From: Sminthopsis crassicaudata
Lineage: Eukaryota
Direction of reading: 5' to 3'
DNA: 64,000 nucleotides
Assembly (NCBI RefSeq): GCF_048593235.1
Contig: NC_133618.1
Coordinates: 476,291,294-476,355,293 of the forward strand
Shown here: in pieces, positions 24,472-36,310 of the stretch
Layout: each line of letters starts with the position of its first letter
Position numbering within the stretch: the stretch's first letter is position 1
The notes under the pieces: model-generated
What the model was told of the DNA's origin: nothing
The model's database searches: none
Seen by the model: only the letters and a program-made list of their open reading frames with translations
Program-made: the position numbers and the translations under genes

Positions 24472-24662
24472 CAGGGGTTCTCAAACTACGGCCCTTGGGC
24501 CAGATGCAGCCTGCTGAGGACGTTTATGTGGCTACTGGGTTATGGCAAATGGGCTGAGGTGCGGAGACAGAGTGTAAGTTTTTGTTTTTACTATAATTCG
24601 GCCCTCCCACGGTCTGAGGGACAGTGAACTGGTCCCCTAGTTAAAAAGTTTGAGGACCACTG
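24472..24662 (+). mobile_element. OC1/OposCharlie1-type non-autonomous hAT MITE (191 bp)
   Basis: 16-bp TIRs caggggttctcaaact / agtttgaggaccactg (14/16); perfect 8-bp TSD ctctaaac at 24464-24471 and 24663-24670; 5' end matches the remembered OC1 start CAGGGGTCCTCAAACTACGGCCC...GCTGAGGAC. Confidence 0.85.
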
Positions 24663-25039
24663 CTCTAAACTATAGTGGCTTACTACTAAGATCAAATTCA
24701 AACTCTTCTTTTTGGCATTTAAAGCCTTTCATAACTTAGCTCAAACTTTTATTTCCACTCTTATTAAGTATTATTTTTCTTTCCAAATTCCATGACCCAG
24801 CCAAACTAGGTCTTCTTGCTGTTTCTCACAAATCACAAATCACTGCCCTCCATCTCTATGACTTTTCATTACCTATCTCTCTTACCTCGATTGCACTTAC
24901 TTCTTATTTCTGCCTTTTAGAATTCCTCATCAGCTTCAAAATTCACTCAAGTATTCCTTCTATAGGAGAAATTTCTTGCTATTCCTAGGTCTTGGTGTCT
25001 TTTCCCTACCCTGCCCCTAATTGCCTTATTTTATGATAT

Positions 25040-25250
25040 TGTAGATAGAAAACTGATATTGGTTTCAGGAAGAACTAACTGCCTCTTATAAAGATGGACT
25101 ATGGCAATCTGGGCAAGGCTCTTAACCTCTCACTGACCTAAGTAATTTTTTAAGATTACAAAATGCAAAGAAAGTGCCAACTTACATTGCTAGAGAGGAT
25201 TTCCTCATTTCCAAGTTCTCTGTACTGATGAAATTACCCATTCCTACATT
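25040..25250 (+). mobile_element. MamSINE1/WALLSI4-like SINE
   Basis: ctgggcaag...cttaacctctca...aagtgccaacttacattgctagagaggatttcctca...gatgaaattac. Confidence 0.65.
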
Positions 25251-25439
25251 TTGTATATATTTTCATATCTATGCTTTGTTTCTTCCACAATTAATTTTAA
25301 TTTTGTCCTTGCAGCCCTGTTGTCTGGAACATAGTAGGTACTTCATAAATACTTAGTGATTTAGGAATTAAGTGATTCAGAGCTTGGAGTTCAGGAAGTG
25401 ATGTTACTTTTCTAAGTGTCAGAGAGCTAATAATAACAA

Positions 25440-25910
25440 GAGTCAGAAAAGCCATCTTCAAATATGTGAAGTGTTGTTCTCTGGGCTAGATTCATTCGAA
25501 CTGGGGTAAAAATAAGGAGAAATGGTTAGAGGTTGCAGAAGAGTAGCTTTAGGCCTGAGGTAAGTAAAAACTGCCTAATAATTAGACCTCCCATAAAGTG
25601 CAATGAACTGGACAACATGTGGGTACTTTCTCTTTCTGTCTCTCTGTTTCCATTTCTTTCTTTCCATTTCTGCTTGTTATTTCTCTGTCTCTGTCTCTTC
25701 CTCTCCACTTTCCATTTCTTTCCATCTTTATCTGTCTGCCCCTCCCTGTCTCTGACTCTCTCTGTTTCTCTAGCTATCTCTCTGTCTGTCTCTCTGTCTT
25801 TCTTTATCACTAGGAATCTTCCTGCATAGGATAGATAACCACTTGCCAGGAATGTTGTGGAGAGGATTTTTATTCAGACACAATTTAGGCTAGTTGACTT
25901 CTGAGGTACC
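25440..25910 (+). mobile_element. L3/CR1 3' end split by a (TC/TCTG) low-complexity tract
   Basis: gccatcttcaaatatgtgaag...aaaaactgcctaataattag, resuming as gataaccacttgccaggaatgttgtggagaggat. Confidence 0.65.
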
Positions 25911-26169
25911 TAAAAGGCAGCTTGGTATATTAGACTCTGGATTCAGAAGGAGCTTATTTCAAATATTTCCTCAAACACTTAGTGTCAAATAAGATAACAT
26001 ATATAAAGTGCTATGTAAATAATGGCTATTGTTATTACTAGCTGTGTGACCCTGGGAAAATCATTTAACTTCTCCATGCCTCAGTTTCCTCATCTGTAAA
26101 TTAGGAATGGTGTTTATTTGATGGCCTCTAATGTCTCTTTCAGCTTTTGATTCCAGCTCTGAGATTCTT

Positions 26170-26755
26170 TTTTTCCCCCAATTTCAAATTGTATTTATTT
26201 TAATGTTTTCTCTAGTACATTTAAAACAATTGTTTTTTACTTTTTTTTAAAAAAACTTTGGTTTTCATATTCTCTCCCTTATCCCCTTCTTCAGCCCTCA
26301 TTAAGAAACCACATGTGTAGCAATGCAAAACATTTCCATAAAAGTCGTGCTGTAAAAGAAAACAGATCTCCCACCCTAATAAAAAAAATCTTCAAGAAAA
26401 ATAAAGTTAAAAAGAGAGAGAGAGAGAATATGATTCAATCTTTGTCAAGACAATCAATTTCTCCTTTGGGTATGGTTAGGATTTTTCATCATGAGTTCTA
26501 CAGAGTAGTTGTGGATCACTGTACTGCTGAAAATAGTAAAGTGGTTTATAGCTGGTCGTCTGAAAACATTACTATTACTTTGTATACAGTATATTATATT
26601 TAAAGTACAAGTACTTTGCTTGAGTTCATGGAGGACTTTCCAGGTTTTTTTCCCTAAGGGCAATAATATTCCAAGGTAATCATATACCAGAATTTATTTA
26701 GCTATTTCCCAAATGATGTGTATCTCCTCAATTTCCAGTTCTTTGCCCTGAGATG
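26170..26755 (-). mobile_element. Marsupial L1 3'-UTR
   Basis: T-rich tail and antisense L1 3'-UTR hallmarks (ttcctcaatttccagttctttgcc). Confidence 0.7.
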
Positions 26756-26971
26756 AACCAGCTTTGAGATTCTATGATAACTTTCACCCTATGATGAAGC
26801 ATCAGAAGAACACTAATGGGAAACAAGACAGTGTGATCTTTAATGGAGAGAAGGAAGGAAATCTAGCTGCAATAAGCCAAAGCAGGACTAGGACATAAGA
26901 GTAGTGTGAGAGTTTGAGTTAGGGGACAGGCATCAGAGATATCAAGAACTTGCTTGAAAAGTCTATGAGGA

Positions 26972-28730
26972 GGAAACCAAATTATCACTCTTTGCTGATG
27001 ATATGATGGTATACTTAGAGACCTTCAGAGATTCTACTAAAAAACTATTAGAAATAATCCACACCTTTAGCAAAGTTGCAGGATACAAAAATAAACCCAC
27101 ATACGTCATCAGCATTCTTCTATATCACTTACAAAATCCAATAGTTAAGAGTTACAAAGAGAAATTCCATTTAAAGTAACTACCTATAGTATAAAATATT
27201 TAGGAATCTATCTGCCAAGGGAAAATCAGAAACTATATGAGCAAAACTACAAAACATTTTCCACACAAATAAAGTCAGGTCTAACCAATTGGAAAAATAT
27301 TAAATGTCCTTGGATTAGATGAGCAAATATAATAAAGATAACAATACTACCTAAACTAATCTATTTATTTAGCGCTATATTAATCAGATTCCAAAAAACT
27401 ATTTTAATGACCTAGAAAAAATAACAACAAAGTTCATATGGAAAAACAAAAGATCAAGAATTTCAATGGAATTGATGAAAAAAAAATCAAATGAAGGTGG
27501 CCTAACTGTACCAAATCTAAAATTATATTATAAAGCAGCGGTTACCAAAACCATTTGGTATTGGCTAAGAAATAGACTAGTTGATCAGTGGAATAGGTTA
27601 GGTTCAAAGGACAAAATAGTCAACATATACAGCAATCTAGTGTTTGACAAACCCAAAGACCCCAGCTTTGGGGATATGAATTCACTGTTTGACAAAAATT
27701 GCTGGGAAAATTGGAAATTAATATGGCAGAAACTAGGCATGGACTCACACTTAACACCATACACTAAGAAAGGTCAAAATGGGTCCATGACCTAGGCATA
27801 AAGAATGAGATTATAAATAAATTAGAAGAGCATAGGATAGTTTACCTCTCAGACCTGTGGAAGAGGAAGGAATTTGTGACCAAAGGAGAACTAGAGATCA
27901 TTAATTGATCACAAAATAGAAAACTTTGATTATATCAAGTTGAAAAGTTTTTTGTACAAACAAAACTAATGCAGACAAGATTAGAAGGGAAGCAATAAGC
28001 TGGGAAAATATTTTTATAGTCAAAGGTTGTGATAAAGGCCTCATTTCCAATATAGAGAATTAACTCTAATTTATAAGAAATCAAGCCATTCTCCAATTGA
28101 TAAATGATCAAAGGATATAAACAGATAATTCTCAGATGAAGAAATTGAAACTATGTCTAGACATATGAAAAGATGCTCCAAGTCATTATTAATCAGAGAA
28201 ATGCAAATTAAGACAACTCTGAAATACTACTGCACACCTGTCAGATTGGTTAGAATGACAGGGAAAGATAATGCAGAACATTGGAGGGGATGTGGGAAAA
28301 CAGGGACACTGATACATTGTTGGTGGAATTGTGAATACATCCAGCCATTCTGGAGAGCAATTAGGAACTATGCTCAAAAAATTATCAAACTGTGCATACC
28401 CTTTGACCCAGCAGTGTTACTACTGGGCTTTTATCCCAAAGAGATTTTAAAGAAGGGAAAGGGACCTGTATGTGCAAGAATGTTTGTGGCAGCCCTCTTT
28501 GTAATGGCCAGAAACTGGAAACTGAGTGGATGCCCATAAATTGGAGAATGGCTGAATAAATTGTTGTATATGAATATTATGGAATATTATTATTCTGTAA
28601 CAAATGACCAACAGGAGGAATACAGAGAGGCCTGGAGAGACTAACATGAACTGATGCTGAGTGAAATGAGCAGGACCAGGAGTTCATTATATACTTTAAC
28701 AACAATACTGTATGATGATCAAATCTGATG
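26972..28730 (+). pseudogene. Disrupted L1 ORF2p (RT C-terminal half plus Cys-rich C-terminus)
   Basis: ORF-track pieces GGLTVPNLKLYYKAAVTKTIWYW...DQWNR (27466-27795) and REMQIKTTL...CGKTGTLIHCWWNC (28153-28539), broken by frameshifts and stops. Confidence 0.93.
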
Positions 28731-29134
28731 GATGTGGCCATCTTCAACAATGAAATTAACCAAATCAATTTCAACAGAGCAGTAATGAACTGAACCAGCT
28801 ACACCCAGCAAAAGAACTCTGGGAGATGATTATGAACCACTACATAGAATTCCCAATCCTTTTATTTTTGTCTGCCTACATTTTTGATTTCCTTCACAGG
28901 TTAACTGTACACTATTTCAAAGTCTGATCCTTTTTGGACATGTATACTAATATTGTATTTAACTTATACTTTAACATATTTAACAGGTATTGGTCAACCT
29001 GACATCTGGGGGAAGGGGTGGAGGGAAAGAGGGGAAAAGTTGGAACAAAAGGTTTTGCAATTGTCATTGCTGAAAAATTACCCTGCATATATCTGGTAAA
29101 TAAAAAGCTATAATAATAAACAAATAAAAAAAAT
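26972..29134 (+). mobile_element. Relatively young 5'-truncated L1 (2.16 kb) with 14-bp TSD
   Basis: Starts in RT at [16 protein letters not shown]; AATAAA at 29099-29104; A-rich tail; TSD aaagtctatgagga at 26958-26971 and 29135-29148. Confidence 0.97.
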
Positions 29135-29203
29135 AAAGTCTATGAGGAATTTGGACTCTGAAACAAGGACCACAAAAATAGGAACCTGATGGGATGACAG
29201 CCA

Positions 29204-29440
29204 GGGCAACTAAGTGGAGCAGAAAATAGAGTACTGGGTTTGGAGTCTGGAAGATTCATCTTCCTCAGTTCAGATCTGGCCTCAGACATTTACTAGCTGT
29301 GTAACTCTCACTTACCTCTTTTTGCCTTGGCTTCCTCTTCTACAAAATGAGCTGGAGAAGAAAATGGAAAACTTCTTTAGTGTCTTTGCAAAGAAAACTA
29401 CAAATGGAATCATGAAGAGTCAGACACAACCAAAAAGCAG
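29204..29440 (+). mobile_element. MAR1 SINE with 13-bp TSD
   Basis: Full head, core and tail; TSD gggatgacagcca (29191-29203) / gggatgatagcca (29441-29453). Confidence 0.88.
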
Positions 29441-31792
29441 GGGATGATAGCCATGGAACAGAGGTATGAGATGCTGAAGGCTGCCAGGTAAGGTGAAAAG
29501 ATGGCAACTTCATAGAGATTAATTTTCACAGAAAATAAAGGTGTCCTCCAACTTTTGTGGATTGTGTTGGTCTGGTTCTTTATTTCAGAGTCCCTCTCTG
29601 TAAAATACAGACATTGCTAGCTCTGTGCTAAGAACATCTCTGGCTTAAATGATGAACCTCTGCTGCTACTGAAACTGTACTGCCCTTGCAAATACTCCCT
29701 CATCCACCCCACCAGGAGGGCAATAAATAGTTTGGATTATAGGAATATTAAAGATTGTAGAAGTGACCAAGACTGACTTCTCTGAACTTTATTCAACAAC
29801 TACTTGCTCATCCTTGCCCATCCTTCAACAACCTTGCCCAAAGGATTAAGACTTTGTGCTAGAAACTAGAAATACGAAGATAAATAAGTTAAGTAAAGTA
29901 AAAACAAAGAATCTATGGTCCTTTCCCTCTCGGTATTACCAGTGTAGTGGAAAGTTGGAGTGAGAGGAGTGGTGATGAGACACAGCAACATGTTGAGGTG
30001 ATATTTGAAATGGATCTTAAAGGACAGGTGAGGTTTCTGGTAACCAAAACCTAGGGACAGAATTCCAGAAAATACAAGTGGAATTAGGGGTTGGATTTGT
30101 GATTGTTCTAAAGAACACTAGATAAAGTCTTTTTACCAATGCAGTTAAGCACATTTTCTGTAACTTGTAAACAGTTGACTGAAGCACCAGTAGTACCTAT
30201 AAATAATTGTCTAGGGTCTAACAACCAATAGGAGTCAGAAGCAGAATTTTAATCCATGTGTTTTTATATCTCAATGAAAAAAATTAGATTAGAATGGGGT
30301 ATTCTTCCTACAGAAACATAAGCTGTTACAATTTGCCAATTGCCCTACTTTCCTTCCCTTTTGGCATCACAAATAGGTCTACTTTTGCCCCCTTGAATAG
30401 CACTCTTGGCTCAGAAAGTGCAAGGAGCAGAAATGCCCATTGGTGAATAAGTCTCCATATGACATTAGCTTTTGCCAAAATTGAAGGGAAAAAAATCTGC
30501 CAGTAACTTGAACCATTATAATCTCATTCTGGGAGAATTTATCAGCATAATTTTATTGAACAAGAAAAACTTCTAGTAGAAGGTAATTTATCTCAGTTTA
30601 TCTTAGAACTCTTTTGACTTAGAAACTGATTCAGAGAACACATTCAGAATATGGAATCAGAGTATGTGGATTTAAATCTCAAATCTGCTATTTAATGCCT
30701 ATATGACTTTGGGCATGTAATTTAACTTTTCTTAATTTCAATGTTCTTCTCTGTAAAATCAGGGGAAGGGTCTAGATGACTTTTTGAGCTCTTTTCTAAT
30801 CTCTAAGTCTATTGATCCACATCTACTTTCCTTATGAAGAGAAACATTTTTTTCTCAATGCTATGAAAACTGGTGGTGGGACATCACAAAATGACTTTCT
30901 CTCCAGGCAAAATGTGCCCCTAATCTCACCTCATGAAGTGGCTGGCATCACATTTGGGGAAGATATAAGGATGTCCCTAAAGCCTATCCCTAGGATGAAT
31001 ACATTTGCTCCTATCCTGGGAAACGAAGTTCATCTTTTTAATAGCATTAGAGAGACCTCATCTTGCATATTAGAGGTTCGCCAGGTATTAGGTAATTTAG
31101 ATCATAAATTCTCTTCAAAGTGACCCATCATCTCAGTATTTATTTTTTCTCCCGAAAGGATGTAAGGCATAAAAGCAAGCTTTGTAGTTTTATGTCTGTC
31201 AGCCTGTCACATAAATATCTCAGTAACTACTGATCTTATCATCATAAAACTTCCATTTGTACAGTTAGACATGTCACGTTGGTCAGTTTCACAGAAAGGG
31301 AAGCATATGCAATATTAAACCCCATTCAGGTCCCAGAGAGTTCCATTAGCTCACATCTTGAAGTTTCCTCCCTATACTGCATTAGGTAAGAAGAGGGACA
31401 AGAGAGCCAGAGAGAAATCCCTAATTAATTAGATAGTAGAGACTCAATGAGTTCTTTAGAGTCATGTCTTTTAACCCCTGAAAGTCTGGAAAGAGTGGAG
31501 TTGATTTTTTTAAATGTCTGACTGTTTGGGTATCATATGAAATAAAAAGTATTCACACAATGATTCATTCTATCTTGGAGAAAAGTGAGACCCAGAAAGG
31601 TTTACAAAGAATTCTAGTTTTAGATTCACAAATGCTCTGATAGAGTTGGACTGGATCTCAGAGGCCACCTACTTTTAACTTGTTTTTTTTTAGAGATAAG
31701 GAAATTGAGACGCAGGAATATTTAGTGATTTGCCTGAAGTTAAATAGACAGTGAACGTAACAAGAACTATGTACCTACATCTTCTGACTCAA

Positions 31793-32036
31793 NNNNNNNN
31801 NNNNNNNNNNNNNNNNNNNNNNNNNNNNNNNNNNNNNNNNNNNNNNNNNNNNNNNNNNNNNNNNNNNNNNNNNNNNNNNNNNNNNNNNNNNNNNNNNNNN
31901 NNNNNNNNNNNNNNNNNNNNNNNNNNNNNNNNNNNNNNNNNNNNNNNNNNNNNNNNNNNNNNNNNNNNNNNNNNNNNNNNNNNNNNNNNNNNNNNNNNNN
32001 NNNNNNNNNNNNNNNNNNNNNNNNNNNNNNNNNNNN
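31793..32036. other. Assembly gap (244 N)
   Basis: Run of N between an antisense MIR and an antisense L2. Confidence 1.
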
Positions 32037-32559
32037 TTTAGTCAGAAGCAATCTTAGACAAGGGCTTAATTGGGATTTACCTACATGGCTCAGAGCATAA
32101 CATGATGGTGAAGTGCCTGGTCCAGGGAAAGATGGACTTGAAATAGGAGGAGAAGTGACTAAGACTGGAGCCAACTCCATTTACAATATTCTGTGGATTT
32201 GGACTTCATTTTCATTTTAAAAAATAAATAAAAAATTTTCTCTCAATGCTATGTTGAGGAAAAATGTCATCAGATTTTTTCAATCTGGAGTTGGGAGTTA
32301 TACAATCCATTGATTTGTGGAGAAAATGGAGAGTGCTGCTGTCAGAGCTACACTGAGAGGGTTTCTGGATGGCCCAGTATGAATATTTGGCTCAAAAGCC
32401 TACTGAAGTCAGCTGCTTGTAAGGCTATTCAGGATCAAATTGGGGCTAAATGTTTAATTGTGGCCTCTGTGGGGACCTCTAATTGGTAACCTGTCCAACA
32501 CTGTTTCTGTATAAGTACCTAGTCTGTCTGAAAAGCAAAAAAATTCAGTTGACCAATCA

Positions 32560-33190
32560 GTCGATCTGTGCAAAATTGAATTTTTTCCTAACTTAACTGG
32601 CAGGTTTTTTTCTTTTTTGGCCTGAATTGGCTTGAGCTGACTGCTTGCTTTGGCATGATGGAGAAACGGCCCAAGTCGGAGACGACTGTAAGTTAGTTTT
32701 GCCCACAACTGCAGCTCTAACTAAAACGTCCCATGTTTGACAGACTTGGCACTTACCTAGCTCTGAGGCTGGTTTATAACTGTGTGAGGTTTGGAAGAAG
32801 TTGTTCCCCATTTACTTGGAGAAACAGAAGGAAAGTCATGTCCTGCTTTGTTTGTTGCAGAAATTACATGCGGCTGCATTTTGGCTCTGCTCAGAGCACA
32901 GCCCTCGCCTTCATTTCCTGAAGTCAGTGGTGCACGCCCACCGGCTCTCTGGGATTCCCTACAGGAAATAGTGCATTAAAAATCATGGCATTTGTGTCTG
33001 GATGAGTTCAGGATGTCACCATCTGTAGAGCGTCCAGCACTTGGACAACAAGGTACATCTGTGTTTCAGGAAACAGCTGCAGCTCACTCATGCAGGCATC
33101 CTGTTGTCTGAATTCTCGCCATTCCACCCAGACTCCAGGGCTTCGGTGACTTTTAGAAACTCACTGTTTATAGGTTCTAGACTCGGCTCC
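32560..33190. promoter_or_regulatory. CpG-retaining unique block; candidate conserved element or alternative first exon
   Basis: 13 CpGs in about 630 bp, not repeat-derived as far as I can tell; strong-Kozak ATG followed by a GTAAGT donor at 32688. Confidence 0.4.
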
Positions 33191-33499
33191 AGAAGTCTCA
33201 GTCATCTAGACTTGTGGAAACTGGTAGAGAACTTCAGGGATATTCTTCTCTATTCTGTAGTGGCTGAGAAATCAGAGCTGGAAATGAATTTCATTGTCCT
33301 ATTTATTCGTATTCCATCATCCATTCAATTAACTGATGGAAAGAGCACTGACCTCAGAGTCAAAAGACCTAGGTTAAAATCCTATAATTGCTGCCTACTA
33401 TCTATGTGAATGAATTAATGAATGAATAGCATTTATTAAATGTTTACTTTTTGCTAGGCACTATATTAAGTGCTAAAGATACAAACACATATATGAATA

Positions 33500-33850
33500 T
33501 ATGCATTTATACAATATTAGTTCAATTTTTCTACTTTAAATTTTCAATTTCAAATTCTCTTCCTCTCTCCATCTTTTCCCCCCACCCATTGGAGGAAATA
33601 CTATTGGGGAAAATTCAATATCTAATATATACATATAAAATTTGCAAAGCCCATCTTCATATTAATCATACCGTAAAAAAGACAAGAAAATAAAGAAAAT
33701 GAAATATATATATATATACACACATATATATTACAATCCATACTCAAGAGTCCATCTGTGCCATATACTTCATCATATCTTATGGCACAATGGTATTCTA
33801 CCACAATCATATACACTCAGTTGTGTAGCTATTTGGGGAATACAAACATA
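33500..33850 (-). mobile_element. Old L1 3'-UTR fragment
   Basis: ttctcttcctctctccatc...cccacccattggag, later catactcagttgtgtagctatt. Confidence 0.5.
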
Positions 33851-35059
33851 AAAAGAGTGTTCGTCCTTCTTTTCAAGGAAGTTAAATTCTAATATGAGGA
33901 GACCAGAATATAGATGAATTCTGGCAAAAGAACAAAGTTTTTGTTGGAAAGTCACAGGGAAATGAGTTGATGAATAGGGCAGACAATGGACATGCTCTTT
34001 CTGTGATATTGCTGATTTGGTAATCATTCTCAGAGCTGGAGGTATAAACTGGAAAGGAAGCGAGACAACCAAGAGGGCACCAGACAGATGACAAGATATC
34101 TGTAGAAATGATTTCTGGATAGTATGTGAAAATGAAACAGTCTCCTGACTGGTTTGCACAGACCTGGTCACTAAGCAACTGGACCAAGATCTAAAAATGG
34201 ATGGATTAACTTTTCCTGGGACTTAGGAGGTTGGGGTGGATTCTGGAGGCCCAAGTATATTTGAGACTTTAGAGGTAATGGTGGGGCAAGTTAATTCATA
34301 TCTCTGGATTTCAGTGGACTTTTCACTAACTATTACATAAAGTTGTCAGAAAAGTGCTTTGTAAATCCTAGAAAACTATATTAAAGAGATGTGATCATCA
34401 TTATCATCAACATCATTATTATTCATGTCATCATTATGTTTGATAGTCTTAATTCTCGGAATCTGGAGCTTTATTTTAAGCTTTTTTCTTCTTGGATTGG
34501 TTCACTAAGGAATCAAAATAGCCTGATTAGCTGTTGAGCCTCCTACCTTTCTTAAATTAAAAAAAAAAATGAATATGGACACTAAAGAAGTAGGTTCCCA
34601 AATGCACGCAGATACAGAAATGCCATATGAGAATAAGAGTTCTTCTTTGATGCTAAATTTCTTCTGGACCAGGAAACTAATTATAGCATTTTGTAGCTTC
34701 AGGGAGGGACCTTGGAAATCATTTGAATTGAAGAAGCCCAATCCCCTTGCTTAAATAATACTAACTCTTAATTCTAAAGGCACCTAAGATTGACAAAGCA
34801 CTTTTCTCACAACAGTTAAGGGAAAGGGAGTGCAAGCACAGCTAGCCCTATTTCACAAATGAAGAATTTGAGGTTCAGAGAAAACAGATGACTTTCCTGT
34901 ATTCATAAGCAGGCAGGTAGGCAGGCAATGGACATTTATTAAGTTCCTACTGTGTGCCAAACATTGTACTGAGCATAGCGTTAATAAAGGACAGATTGGG
35001 AACCGAAACCAAAGTTCTGTGTGGTAAAGGGTCCATTATTTTCATGGCACAGGAATGAT

Positions 35060-35335
35060 GTTCTCCCTCTTCATCTCTGCCATCTGCAGAAGCCTCCCTG
35101 GCATCCTTCCATTCTCAGGTACAATCCTTTCTACATTTCTCCTGGGGACTACAGGAAGCCCTTCCTGATTCCCCTTCATCCTGGTGCCTTCCTTCTATTG
35201 ATTATTTCTAACTTGTCTGCATATAGCTTATTCCTACGGTGTTCTCCATTAAAATACATGCTCCTTGAGGGCATATTTCCCACATGCTTACCACAGTGCC
35301 TGATACTCTGTAATTTAGTGATTTACTGACTGATG
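35060..35335 (+). mobile_element. L2 3' end
   Basis: cctggggactacaggaagcccttcctgattcccc...tgctccttgagggc...cacagtgcctgatac. Confidence 0.7.
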
Positions 35336-35489
35336 CTTTCTTGTCAGATTTATTTATAAATTTAAAGTCAAGGCCCTCCAGTCTCAAGTTCTTGCCTACC
35401 CTAATTTCACAGCACTGCCCCCAACATACTCTGTATTCTAAGTAAATAAAACTTCTAGCTATTCTTATACTTTGTGTTCTACTAGATCC

Positions 35490-35655
35490 TACTTTCTTCT
35501 TTTTCTCTTTAATTCTTCTTCTCTTCTTCCTTCTTTTGCTTCTTTTCCCCTTTCTTCCTCTTCTTCTTTTTCTTCTCCCTCTTCTCCTCCTTTTTTCTCC
35601 TCATTCTTCTTCTCTTCCTCCTCCTCCTTTTCTTCCTCCTTCTCCTTCCTTTATT
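35490..35655. repeat. Near-pure pyrimidine (TTC/TCC)n tract
   Basis: About 165 bp almost entirely C/T. Confidence 0.9.
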
Positions 35656-36050
35656 TTATTTGTAAATTATTGAATAAAGCAAGAATTTCCATAACATATT
35701 ATAATAAAAAAGATGATTACATATGAAACTGCAAATCTGTTATGTACAACTTTTTATTCCTTTTAAATATAGAATACATTTATTGTGAAAATTTCTTTTA
35801 TTTTCTTCCTTCCTCCTCCTACCCTAGAGATGGTATTAGACAGAAAAGATATGTATGTAAAATTATTCTATAAATATTTCTATATATCAACTCTTTCAAT
35901 GCAAATAGCATCTTTCTTCATATGTTCTTTATGGCTAATTTGGATGTTTATAATACCTTAAAACAATATTGCTGTCACTATATACAATGATTTCTTGGTT
36001 CTGCTCATTTCACCCTATTATTTAGTGCAAATCTTTTCATGTTTCAGATC
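35655..36050 (-). mobile_element. Old marsupial L1 3'-UTR
   Basis: gaaactgcaaatct...ctaccctagagatgg...ttcttggttctgctcatttcac. Confidence 0.65.
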
Positions 36051-36119
36051 TCATGCAATATTTTACCTTGCATACTACTTATTTATATAGAAACTATTTT
36101 CCAAAATTCACTTGAATGT

Positions 36120-36310
36120 CAAAGCCTATATTATATCTATCTTTGTTATCTCCAAAAATTCTGTCTGCTTCAGTTTTCTCAGTTTTAAAATGTAAGAACA
36201 CCAATTGCACAGGGTTTTTGTGCAGATCAAATGAGACAATGCTGGCAAAGTATTTAGCACAGTGCCTGACACGTGGTAGGCTTTCAATAAGCTGCTACTT
36301 CCTTTCATTC
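36120..36310 (+). mobile_element. MIR SINE 3' half
   Basis: ctgcttcagttttctcagttttaaaatg...cacagtgcctgacacgtggtagg. Confidence 0.7.

Larger units (their letters stand above)
23200..25370 (+). mobile_element. Fragmented L2 LINE hosting three later insertions
   Basis: catctcaaactcagtatatccaaaactgaac..., resumes after the L1 at about 24360 and ends in an L2 tail ctggaacatagtaggtacttcataaatactt. Confidence 0.7.

Noticed and set aside
29700-29725. CTCF-like ccaccaggagggca (and ctgccaggggagagc near 51491)
   Set aside because: Both deviate from the CCASYAGRKGGCRS core at key positions.
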